A DNA stretch of 64,000 bases from Rotaria socialis. Lineage: Eukaryota. The DNA is taken from assembly GCA_905331295.1 (NCBI GenBank), contig CAJNYD010000074.1, forward strand, positions 310,001 through 374,000. The letters are read 5' to 3'. Below are positions 15,101-26,000 of this stretch, one piece after another. The translations under genes and the position numbers were made by a program. The first letter of the stretch is position 1. Every line of letters begins with the position of its first letter. Below the pieces are notes generated by a model that was not told where the DNA came from, made no database searches, and worked only from the letters and a program-made list of their open reading frames with translations.

Positions 15101-17044
15101 ACAAGAATCATCATGATCGCCAGTCATTTGTGTTAGAGCATCACTTAAGATTTGGCAAACAAAATCAGTCGCTAGTGTGTCGAATTCTTCTTCAGTCATT
15201 TGTTCATCATGTGTTAGTAATGGTGGTGGTGGTGGTTGCTGTCCAGGTACCATAAGTGCTAATGGTCTTTGACAACTACTAGTTGGTTCGAATGTATCCG
15301 AAAAAGCACATGCTGGTATATTATATGATTCTGAATGTTCTGAACTTGATTCTTTTTCTACAACATCATCGAATGGTGTCGAATGACGTGGTTGATGTTG
15401 TTGTATAAATTCTAATGAATTATCTTTTGATATAGTTGGTAGAAATTCTTCGGATGCTTCATTACTTGCTGTACCTATACTATGACGTTTTGAATCATCA
15501 ATAATTAATGCCGATTCAGATTGTGTACGATTTTGTAATTGTAAATTCGTTACTAAAATTTTCCGATTATTATCATTAACATTGTCCATATTGTATAATT
15601 CTGGACTACGAACGAGTTTTAATTTTTCTTCATCATTTAAATCATATGCTGAATGAAAGTGTTGTTGTGCCGGTAGTGTTGATGGCGATGATGAAAATAA
15701 CTTTTGTTCATCATCTACTATTGGTTTATCATTTAAATCTGTATTACTATTCAATGATGATGTTGATCGTTGCCTACGACGATTTTCCATAGCTTCTTGT
15801 ACAATTTCAACTGGCTTTGAAACTAACGCTTTAACACGACCAAGAAAACCGATGCCAGCTGTTGAAGACGATGGATTTGAATTTGAAAATTCGAAATCAT
15901 TATCATCTGTTGTTGTTGTTGTATCACGATAGATTTGTTGATGTTTTTGTGAATCATCATATAAAATATTTTGATGATAATCAATATAATCGTTCGATGG
16001 CGTTAAATCATCTTTATCGGCTAAGCACGATGCTGATAATGAATGACTATCATACATATGCGCAGAAGATGACGATGTACTTAAAAGACTATTTTCACTT
16101 GCTGTACGTCGCGCATGTATAACAGGTAATTGTCCAGTTTCAATTTCATTTGATATTAATGGATATTGTTTTGTTGTCAAATCAAAATCACTTGTATCAT
16201 CTTCTTCGTATTTCATCAACATATGACTTGGTGTTGGTTCATTTGTATGTTGATTGATTATGTAATCATCAGTTTCATTTGAAGGTGTCAATGGAGTATT
16301 GTCTTCTGATTGGAGATATTTTAATTCTTGTTCAGACTCAAGTGAATCAGTTGAACGTTGTTTCAGAGAATCTTGACTCATTATCATTAGTTCACTGATT
16401 GAATCACGACTCATTTCCATTTGTTGTTGCTGATGTTGATATTCTTCAGTTTGTTGTTTGTTTGATTCTGTTGATGTTGATTGTTGACTTGATTCATGTT
16501 GAGTAGTTTCACTTATATTTAATGGTATAACGGGTTTATTATCTTTATGATCATGATTATCATCGTCGTCGTCAGAATCGTCATGTTTAAATAAAGGTTT
16601 ATCATCATCTGTAGAACATTTACCTTTAGATTTTTTCTGTTTTTCTTTATCTTCATCTTTATCTTCATTACGATCTTCTTCATGCTCATCGGAAAATGGT
16701 TGTTCTTCATGAACAATAGATAAATAATTAGGTGATACTATGTCATTTTGATCGTCACAGGACGTTATTTGAATGGTTGCGTCTTCATGAATAGTTCGAC
16801 TATTTTCATGTGGTTTTATTTCCGCATGATGATGATCATCGGGCAGATTTTCATAACGTGACATGCGACGAAGATAATCTAATTGAGCAGCTAATTCACT
16901 TGTTTTATCAGTTGTACTATCATCATGTGAAAAATCTAATTCATCTGATATACTTGTTGCCGACGATTGAACATAGGGAGCACGACGTTGATCAACCATA
17001 AGTGTTGAGCCAATTCTTTGTGTTGGATGTGGAATATCTATCGG
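12134..17044 (-). CDS. ANK: 4.9-kb terminal coding exon of the giant ankyrin (~1,636 aa)
   Basis: Acceptor tatctgtag|CCG at 17044 is phase 0, matching the giant-exon donor. The frame is open to TAA at 12134. Confidence 0.85.
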   Translation of the reverse strand, partial: PIDIPHPTQRIGSTLMVDQRRAPYVQSSATSISDELDFSHDDSTTDKTSELAAQLDYLRRMSRYENLPDDHHHAEIKPHENSRTIHEDATIQITSCDDQNDIVSPNYLSIVHEEQPFSDEHEEDRNEDKDEDKEKQKKSKGKCSTDDDKPLFKHDDSDDDDDNHDHKDNKPVIPLNISETTQHESSQQSTSTESNKQQTEEYQHQQQQMEMSRDSISELMIMSQDSLKQRSTDSLESEQELKYLQSEDNTPLTPSNETDDYIINQHTNEPTPSHMLMKYEEDDTSDFDLTTKQYPLISNEIETGQLPVIHARRTASENSLLSTSSSSAHMYDSHSLSASCLADKDDLTPSNDYIDYHQNILYDDSQKHQQIYRDTTTTTDDNDFEFSNSNPSSSTAGIGFLGRVKALVSKPVEIVQEAMENRRRQRSTSSLNSNTDLNDKPIVDDEQKLFSSSPSTLPAQQHFHSAYDLNDEEKLKLVRSPELYNMDNVNDNNRKILVTNLQLQNRTQSESALIIDDSKRHSIGTASNEASEEFLPTISKDNSLEFIQQHQPRHSTPFDDVVEKESSSEHSESYNIPACAFSDTFEPTSSCQRPLALMVPGQQPPPPPLLTHDEQMTEEEFDTLATDFVCQILSDALTQMTGDHDDSCESDKDAKLTDNHTSSDDDDADEVIEEDEEENKRNPIPTDTSSFSVNDRYSADESSNTREHSGDEENSARSSTTATPTKTSAITSIHSESFDFEPTSTPVMKTSPSSIRHGSQSDTGTFFSIVSPSSGDYLDVRSSNSANEDDKLHRHYQTQSNSSQYLTATDETPNVISSDDNDYVNERGTVNYGYNDSSSDEKYSSKNRPENFTITKEKIPEERYSGEGEESSGGNQNAVQQKRKRSSEQRSLLLNDLTLNISEPTATTNTAGKSVSFKLDLNENFVRSPRLSTSSATAMPRQESLDSPLNDSNDKSIIKILQEEILRSNLETIKSDLEINNDQYDSQIHPTASTPTTIQPTKVILSSSEYDAGSESDRDSTLVDSIKSTIQEELNEIYQTKESFIDRIKLKFARSLDRLVEKALAGDENMNKSDIISPFTDQSLDRSLPLNTQQATMTHAHSEQLLQACPDELDYGTLQRFSSDSCIIIHVPEQYTPSSTLFFDQLKNDQTERKSSSNQQASAFSYYTKQDHPQPSSSPIEMINSTNELIDNISPINRYTPRSLDDSSIEFGERDMTEMSDEFVLVKNLSPSANTKDIKNETPSNTSSSSSDKHESPDLIDILQHQCDYPPLDTGFDLRSGTTLETVYESPELRHDEIKSAISTLSLTASETNRPYSADHNSSQTPNTDDSLMEFERIEMELLKNGSTTNIVEIVREIRSSVDLLSQQHDDNDKVESFIDKHFSSINNDVKNVLDDIIDAASDLTHSISSQSDATTVIYRSQRQSFDDDYVEITHEDIKNQQRNIFLSEEDIRLNQTESSSQDKRRLSAPNNDHVSRRLKTPSSSSSSSSSFSSTSRSVIYSQQHSHPSYQQPRLLQAETDLASFKQQQQTQSATDLPFLPPFVNTNPAKRPKQSSSVSSTPALFHADLPSGHSKKKTQSHPGSLGGTLLPPRSSLIKEEILSSPIPSVSPHSSSSSHHSDDCFCAEPATTTSHQH

Positions 17045-20000
17045 CTACAGATACAAAAAATAATATTAATTTTTATATTCTATAAAATTTCTCAGAATTT
17101 ACGGAAGATTGAAGTTGATTTCAACTAGACAGACAGTTCAAAATAATTTTTAATTTAATAGAGTACCAGCTGAAAAGTTTTAAACGTAACTTTCTGTGAT
17201 TTATTTTTCTTACGTTAGACGAGAAGTATTTGCATCAACAAAGGAGCATTTTTTTTAATCAAGATTACGTTTCATATGTAGATATTAATGAACTATACAC
17301 ATCAGTCATATGAGAAATTTTCCACTTGGAAATTCTCATACAGATAGCCTTGCAAAGAAAAGCTTATTGGAAATTATTCGAATCTTTTGATGTCCTTCTA
17401 TTCTCTAAAGTCTCAACGGAATAGAATATACTCACAGTAATAAACTATCGAATATGTTGAAACTTACTTCCGATTGTACACTATGGTGTGCTTGTTGAAT
17501 AACTAAATTAATCATATCTTGTAAAATTTTGTTTTCTTCGTGTTCAGATCGTAACTGTTCTTGAACTTGATCAACATCATTCATAGATGAGCACGTCACA
17601 TGAAGAAAATCTTCTTTAATCAATGGTGATCCTGGTGGGCTCGAAGGTCGTCGTTCACTATGACGTGTGTAACTATCTGTTGGATTTGTTTGTGAATCAT
17701 GACGATATTGCACTATATCATTGGATAATGTATCAATATCTTCTAATTGCAAAACTTCTTCGTGTTTGAAACGCTCATTTAAATCTTCTGTAACATCGTT
17801 TAGTTCATGTATTAAATTGCCGAGTTCATTCATAGATGTTGATGATACAGGCACAATGTTTGGTTCTTCTAATTCTGAATCAAGTTTATCTTCAAGTTGT
17901 TCTTCAACATTTTTCAATTCAGAAACAAGATCTGTTAATTCATTTACTGATGCTGATGCTTTTGTTGTTGATATTTGCGCAATATTTAAATCATAATGAT
18001 GAATTTCATCGTTTTCTGATACTGATGATGACGACGATGAAGATGAATGGTGAATATCAATATTTTCATTGATTTGTTGTTCAAGTGTTTGCAATTCTTG
18101 AACAAGATCACCTAATTCTTGTGTTGATTTTGATGTTACAACATCTGATACCATTAAATAAGGTAGATCTCTTGTTTCTGGATGAAATTTTTCTTGATAT
18201 TCTTCATTATCTGATAGATCATGTTCATTTTTAACTTGTTTTTCTTCGTCATTATCACTAAAATTCTCTTGTTTTGGTGTATCAATAGAAGTTTTAACAA
18301 GTGCTGACCAATCAGTTAGATCACTTATTGATACATCAGCACTAGTTGCTTCTTCTATGTTTGATGAAACAATTTCATCATCATATTTCTTTTGAATACT
18401 ATCAATAACATCATGAACAATGTTCTTAGCTGTTTGATATAGAGAATAATTAAAATCTTGTTCTGATGTTTCACGAACAGCTTCTTTTAAGATTTGATTA
18501 ACAATATCGTTCGATGTTCCTATAAGAACATTTTCATAGCTTTGGTCTTCGATTGTCGAAGTTGGTTCGACATTCTTTTCGTTGTCATCTTTATCTGGCA
18601 TTGAAATATCAAGATGTGTTGGACGAAAATCATCATCTCTTTCTTCTTCTAATTCTTCATCATCAGGATACGATGTAATTGTACGTGATATTATATCTGC
18701 ATGTTGAATATGTGATATTATTGGTGATTCAACTTCTTTAAAATCTGATGGAAGTTGACTTTCATCATCGCATGTTTTAATTGAATATTGATTCGGTCGA
18801 TATTTATTACCATAGATTTCATCACGTTGAAATGATGATTGTTTCCATTCTTGTGGACGCTTTAATGGTGTTCGTTCTATGTCATCATCATCATCTTCTG
18901 CTTCCTGTTGAAATGATGCCGATTGAAGGTTGATGAAATTGTCATCATTGATTTCTTGTTCGAATCTCTGAAAATCTTCATATGGATATTCTAATTCCTG
19001 TGAAGTTTTTTCAATAGGTTGTTCAAGTGTGGAATTTAGTGCGAATTCATGTTGAGATTGTAATTTATACGAATCATCTCGAAATTGTTGAGGAAAAGTA
19101 ATATCCACATTCCCGGAACTTAACGGTTGTTCATATCGTATGTTATCTGGTTCGATTGTTTGTGAATTTTCAAGAAGATCTTTCTCTTCTTCTTGTTGAG
19201 TTAAATGAGAAGATTCAACTTCATAATTATAATAATGTTCACTTAGTTTTGGTGATTCGAGAATAGGTTGTTCAGTACTTGATTTACGTTCGAGTGGCTC
19301 ATGAGAAGCAGATTGTTCTCTTGTTCAAATAATGAAGATAATTTATGCTGCTCGGGTATCACTTGCTCAGAAATTTCAGTTGTAATATCTGTGATAGGAG
19401 ATTTTTGTTTTTCTTCATCATCCGATAGATGTGCTGTTTGAAGAACTTCTTCAGCGTGTTCGATTTCCCGAGGTGATTCAAGGGAAATTTGATCAGTACT
19501 TGATTTTCGTTCTAATCCGTATTCATCTTCGAGCTCGGGCAGTTCTTCTTTAATTTTTTGGTCAAATTCTTTTGAAATCGGCCCAGAAGTAAAATATTCA
19601 TCTCTATCATGTTCAACTTCTACTGTAGGGATTTTTCGATGAGATGCAATCGGGACTTGTTGAGCAGCTTCTGATGGTTCGCTTTCGTCCGATTGTATTG
19701 CTTGATCAGATTCAAGAACTAATTGATTGATTACTTGTTGATGTTCAGTTTCATCAGAAGATTCGATTAAGATTTCATCAGCATCGAAATTTTGTTCCGG
19801 TTGCGTTTCATGAGATAAATCGATAGTAAACTGATTTTCATCTTCTTCTTGTCGAAATGTATGCAGCATTTCTATCGTTTTTATAAAATTTCTATCGCCT
19901 TCTTGATCCGCTACTTGAAAAGGTTCAGTTTGAACTTTTTGTTCATAGTCAAATCCTTCTCGTTCTTCTTCTTCTTCTTCTTCTTCAGACGATGGAGTTG

Positions 20001-23000
20001 ATGCAACAATGAATTTAACAGTATTCGGTTTTTCTACGAATTCAATTTCTGGTTTGTGTTCAACAATATCTCCTGCTGAAAGAAGTTCAGCAGTAATCTT
20101 TTCAGTACTTAATTGTGATTCATAAGATATAGATTTTTCTTCGTTCTTGGGAGACAAGTCCGTTGTTTCACTGATTATTGCATTTTCTTGTTGACCATGA
20201 ACGTGTTCTTCTTCAGATTTTTCAGAATATGAAGGAGACGATCGAGTAGTTTCTAATATGTCCTCTTCGTGCTGTTTACTTGAACGAGTTAATTCATTGT
20301 CTTGTATTTCCGAGCGCAATGATTCTTCTGGTTCAAATTCAATTTGAGATTTTTGACTTTCTGCTAAGTGATCACCAGAACCGATACTGCCCTTGTCAGA
20401 ACTTAATCGTCGTTCTATTTCGAATTCATTATCCAATTCAGTTGTACTTTCTGGAACATATACGTCTGTACGAGATGATTCATATAGATGTGCTTCAGCA
20501 GGTTCAATATTGACTTCATCAGAACTACGTTTTGGTTCAGATGGATATTGTTCGTTCTCATCTTCATGGTTACTTTCACGGGGTGATTCCACACGGATAT
20601 CTTCATCGTCAACTGATTTTCTTTCGATGTCGACTGCATCTTTTTTATAAACATCACCAGTAGCTTCTTCTGATTTCAATGATTCTTGGTCGTCTGATCT
20701 TCTTTCTTCGTCAAGTATGTGTGAGGATTCAATGATATTTATATCTGTCGATAATGGCGTATGGCTTTGCTTTTCGACTGGTTCAACAGTTTCAATCGGT
20801 ACCATACTTGATAGTAATTCAGATTCTGGTGCGTATTGTTCTCTATATTGATCTTCTACTTGTTCCTTTGGTTGTTCTTCGTGTTCTATGCCGTATGAAG
20901 ATTCAACAGTAACCTTTTCGGAACTTGATTTTCGTTCAGATTCCTGTTCGTCTATTTCGATTTCTTGTTGAAATGAAGCTGGAACTTGTTCAAAACTGGA
21001 TATTTGTTTATATTTTTCATCTTCCATTAGTTGTTCGACTTCATCCATATTCAGTTTTTGATCCAGTTCATCAAGCTCTTCCAATTCTTCACGATCACTT
21101 GCATCAGGTGATTCTGAATAAATGTTTTCATCTGTCGACTTTGGTTCTATTTCAGCAGCTGCTTTTTCCGATTCCAATGGTTCTTGATGATAGTCTGTAG
21201 TTTCCTCTTTGGCAGATGCTGATGATTCGATGATGATTTCATCATTGGCTAATTTTTCTTTTGAATCGTAGTGATCTTTGCGTTCATCTGTGCATGATGC
21301 GTCTAATTCACTAGATTGAATAAATTGTTGTTGCAAAGCAAATACTGGCTCATCACGTTCTTGTTCAATGTCTTCATCAGCTTCAACTTTAATCATATCC
21401 GTACTTGTTTTAGATTCTTCTTCTTCTTCTTCTTCTTCGCTGTTTTGTTTTTCGTCGATAAATTGTGAAGATATAGTTAAGGGATGCACAGATTCTAACA
21501 TTCGTTTCATATCATCGATTTCTTTCAGTCCTCGTGTTTCACTTTCCATGACTTGTTTATATTGGTGTAAAATATGTTCTATACTCAATGTTGGCTTATA
21601 TTCATCTTGGTCAACTTCTTCAGTCGATTCAGCAACGAATTGAGTAGTTGTATGTTCATGTACTGGCGAATGTTGTTCTACTTTTTCTACATGATCACTT
21701 TCATGAGGTGATTCTAATTGAATTTCTGCATCGCTTGATTTTCGATTGATTTCGTATTCTTCTGACATAGGAATTTCATCTGTTTCTTGCTGCAGTTCTA
21801 ATTGTTCTTGATTATCGTATTCTTCTGCATATTCAAGTTTTATTTGTGGCGAACTTGTCATGGATTCTGGTTCGTGTTGCACCGTTTCAAATTTTTCTTG
21901 ATAATAATCAACTCCTTGATGTTGTTCACTCTGTTGTAAAGATAAAGGTGTGAATGATTCAGTACTTAATACTTCTTCAACTTCATGAATTGCCTTTTCT
22001 GTTTCATTGTCGCTTAAAGTGGCTTCTCTATAATCAATGAGAACTTGTTCTAAACTCAATGTTGGTACGTACTGATCTTGCTCGATTTCTGTAACATGTT
22101 CCAGTTCCGATGAAAGTTGTTGTTGTTTTTCTTCTTCATGTTCACTTTCATGTGGCGATTCAATATGAATATGCTGACCATCTGATGATCGTTCGATTTC
22201 ATATTTTTCTTCTGCATGACTTTCTAGCACCAACGGTTCCTCTTCAACTTGTTCTTTCTCTTCTTGGTTTGTGACTAAGGATTCAATCAGATGTGGAACA
22301 GCATATATTTTTCCTTCAGAATCATATTGATCTTCATCTTGTTCTGGTGCGCTTGTTGCTGAAGATTCGACCACGACTTGTTCAGTGTTTAGTCTTTGTT
22401 CAGTGATTTGATGAGAAGGAATAACATCTGCTTCAAAACTAGAACTTAATTCATGTTGATCTTGTTCCATGATGTGAGAAGATTCAATAGTAATTGGATC
22501 TGAGCTCAGCTTTTGCTCAGATTGATATGGTTCTTCTTCTTCGTCTTTTTCGTGATCACTCTCATGTGGTGATTCTAACTGGATCTCGGTGGCAGTTAAC
22601 TTTTGTTGAATTTCTTCATCAACAATATGTGTTTCTCCGGCTCGTTCTTCATCTTCACGTGTGTATGGACTTTCGACTACAGGAGAACCGACATGTTCCT
22701 GCTGTTGTGAAACTAGCATTGGTTCGTACGGATCCTGTTCAACTGTTTCAGTATGTTCAATGTTGATTACATCCGAGATTACTGTAGATTCTGGATTATA
22801 TTGATCCTCGTCTTCGTGGTCACTTTCATGTGGTGATTCCAACTGGATTTCGGTGCCACTTGATTTTTGGAGAATTTCAAATTCATGTGTTGCTTGTAAT
22901 TCCTCGGTTTCTTTTTTTTCTACAGCTGATTCATGACTATATTCTTCGGCTGTTGGTGAACGTTCGACAATACTGCTCTCAGCAGCTGATGCTTCTCGAG

Positions 23001-26000
23001 AATCATAATAATCGTCCTGTTCATCAGTTGGTGTAGTCTCCACAAGAGGAGATTCCATGAACTTTTGTTGAGGAGTTACTGATCCATCAAAGTGTTCTTC
23101 ATCATCTTGTGCAGTGAATTCTGTTTTAATCACTTCTGCAGTTGTTCTATATTTTGGTGCATCGTGATCAGATTCATAACGTTCCTCATATTCCGCTTCA
23201 TCTTTTTCTAGTTCGCTTGTTGCTGACAATTCGGCCACGACTTGTTCAGTGACTTGATGAGTAGGAATTGAACCTATTTCAAAACTAGGACTTAATTCAT
23301 GTGGATCGTGTTCCGTGCTTTGAGGAGATTCAAGGGTAATTTGATCTGAGATCAGCTTTTCTTCAGATTGATACGGTTCTTCTTCTAGGTTCATTTCGTG
23401 ATCACTCTCATGTGGTGATTCTAAGTGGATCTCAGTAGCAGTTAATTTTTGTTGAATTTCTTCATCAAGAATATGTGTTTCACCGGGTCCTTCTTCATCG
23501 TCACGTGTGTGGTGACTTTCGATTACAGGAGAGCCGACATGTTGCTGCTGTTGTGAGACTAGCATTGGCTCGTACCGATCGCGTTCAACTGTTTCAGTAT
23601 GTTCAATTTTGATTGCATCCGAACTTAGTGTAGATTCTGGATTGTTTTGATCGTCTTTTTCGTGGTTACTTTCATGTGGTGATTCTAAGAGGCTTTCCAT
23701 GCCACTTGATTTTTGTAGAATTTCAAATTCATGTGGTGCTTGTAATTCATCCGTTTCTTCCTTTTCAGCAGATGATTGATGACTATATTCTTCGGCTGTT
23801 GGCGAACGTTCGATAATACTCGTATCAGCAGCGGATGCTTGTCGAGAATCATAATAGTCGTCCTGTGCACCAGCGGATGTAGTCTCCATAAGAGTAGACT
23901 CCAAGAACTTTTGTTGCGCAGGTACTGACGCATCAAAGTGTTCTTCTTCATCTTGTGTAGTGAATTCCGTTTTGATCACTTCTGCAGTTGTTCTATATTC
24001 TGGTGCATCTTGATCAGATTCATAACGTTCCTCATATTCCTCTTCATCGCTTTCTCGTTTCCATGCTACTGCAGATTCGATAGCGACTTGTTCAATGACT
24101 TCATGAGATGGAATTGAAGCTGCGTCAAAGCTAGAACTTAATTCATGTTGATCTTGTTCCGTGAAGTGAGGAGATTCAATAGTAATTTGATCCGAGTTCA
24201 GCTTTTGTTCAGATTGATACGGTTCTTCTTCTTCGTCTTCTTCGTGATCACTGTCATGTGGTGATTCTAAGTGGATCTCAGTAGCAGTTAATTTTTGTTG
24301 AATTTCTTCATCAAGAATATGTGTTTCACCGGGTCCTTCTTCATCGTCACGTGTGTAGTGACTTTCGATTACAGGAGAGCCGACATGTTGCTGCTGTTGT
24401 GAGACTAGCATTGGTTCGTACCGATCGTGTTCAACTGTTTCAGTATGTTCAATTTTGATTGCATCCGAACTTAGTGTAGATTCTGGATTGTATTGTTCGT
24501 CTTTTTCGTGGTCACTTTCATGTGGTAATTCCAACTGGATTTCGGTGCCACTTGGTGTTTGTAGAATTTCAAATTCATGTGGTGCTTGTAATTCATCCGT
24601 TTCTTCCTTTTCAACAGATGATTGACGACTATATTCTTCGGCTGTTGCTGAACGTTCGACAATACTCCTATCAGCAGCTGATGCTTCTCGAGAATCATAA
24701 TAATCGTCCTGTTCATCAGCTAGTGTAGTCTCCACAAGCGGAGATTCCAAGAACGTTTGTTGAGGAGTTACTGATGCATCAAAGTGTTCTTCTTCATCTT
24801 GTGTAGTGAATTCCGTTTTAATCACTTCTGCAGTGGTTCTATATTCTGGTGCATCTTGATCAGATTCATAACTTTCCTCATATTCCTCTTCATCGCTTTC
24901 TCGTTTCCTTGCTACTACAGATTCAACCGAAACTTGTTCAGTGTTTAATCTTTGTTCGGTGACTTGATGAGTAGAAATTGAAGCTGCGTCTAAGCTAGAA
25001 CTTAATTCATGTTGATCTTGTTCCGTGATATGAGAAGATTCAAGAGTAATTTGATCTGAGCTCAGCATCTGTTCTGATTGAGATGGTGCTTCTTCTTGAT
25101 CTTCTTCGTGATCAGTCTCATGTGGTGATTCTAAGTGGATTTCGGTCGCAGTTAATTTTTGTTGAATATCTTCATCAGCAGTATGTGTTTCACCGGGTTC
25201 TTCTTCATCTTCTAGTGTGTATGGACTTTCGATTACATGAGAGCCGACATGTTCCTGCTGTTGTGAAACTAGCATTGGTTCGTACCGATCGTGTTCAACT
25301 GTTTCAGTATGTTCAATTTTGATTGCATCCGAACTTAGTGTAGATTCTGGATTATATTGATCCTCTTTTTCGTGATCACTTTCATGTGGTGATTCCAACT
25401 GGATTTCGGTGACATTGGATTTTTGTAGAATTTCAAATTCATGTGCTACCTGTAATTCATCCGTTTCTTTTTTTTCAACAGATGATTGATGACTATATTC
25501 TTCGGCTGTTGCTGAACGTTCGACAATACTGCTATCTGCAGCTGATGCTTCTCGAGAATCATAATAATCGTCCTGTTCATCAGTTGGTGTAGTCTCCACA
25601 AGCGGAGATTCCAAGAACGTTTGGTGAGGAGTTACTGATGCATCAAAGTGTTCGTCTTCATCTTGTGTAGTGAATTCCGTTTTAATCACTTCCGCAGTTG
25701 TTCTATATTCTGGTGCATCTTGATCAGATTCATAACTTTCCTCATATTCCTCTTCATCGCTTTCTCGTTTCCTTGCTACTACAGATTCAACCGAAACTTG
25801 TTCAGTCACTTGATGAGATGGAATCGAACCTGCTTGAAAACTGTAACTTAATTCATGTGGATCGTGTTCCGTGATGTCAGGAGATTCAATAGTAATTTGA
25901 TCTGAGATAAGCTTTTCATCAGATTGATACGGTTCTTCTTCTTCGTCGTCTTCGTGATCATTCTCATGTGGTGATTCTAAGTGGATCTCGGTGGCAGTTA

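Noticed and set aside
19300..19345. Programmed -1 ribosomal frameshift in the giant exon
   Set aside because: No X XXY YYZ slippery heptamer, and the -1 frame has a TGA just before the junction. A 1-nt deletion is simpler.
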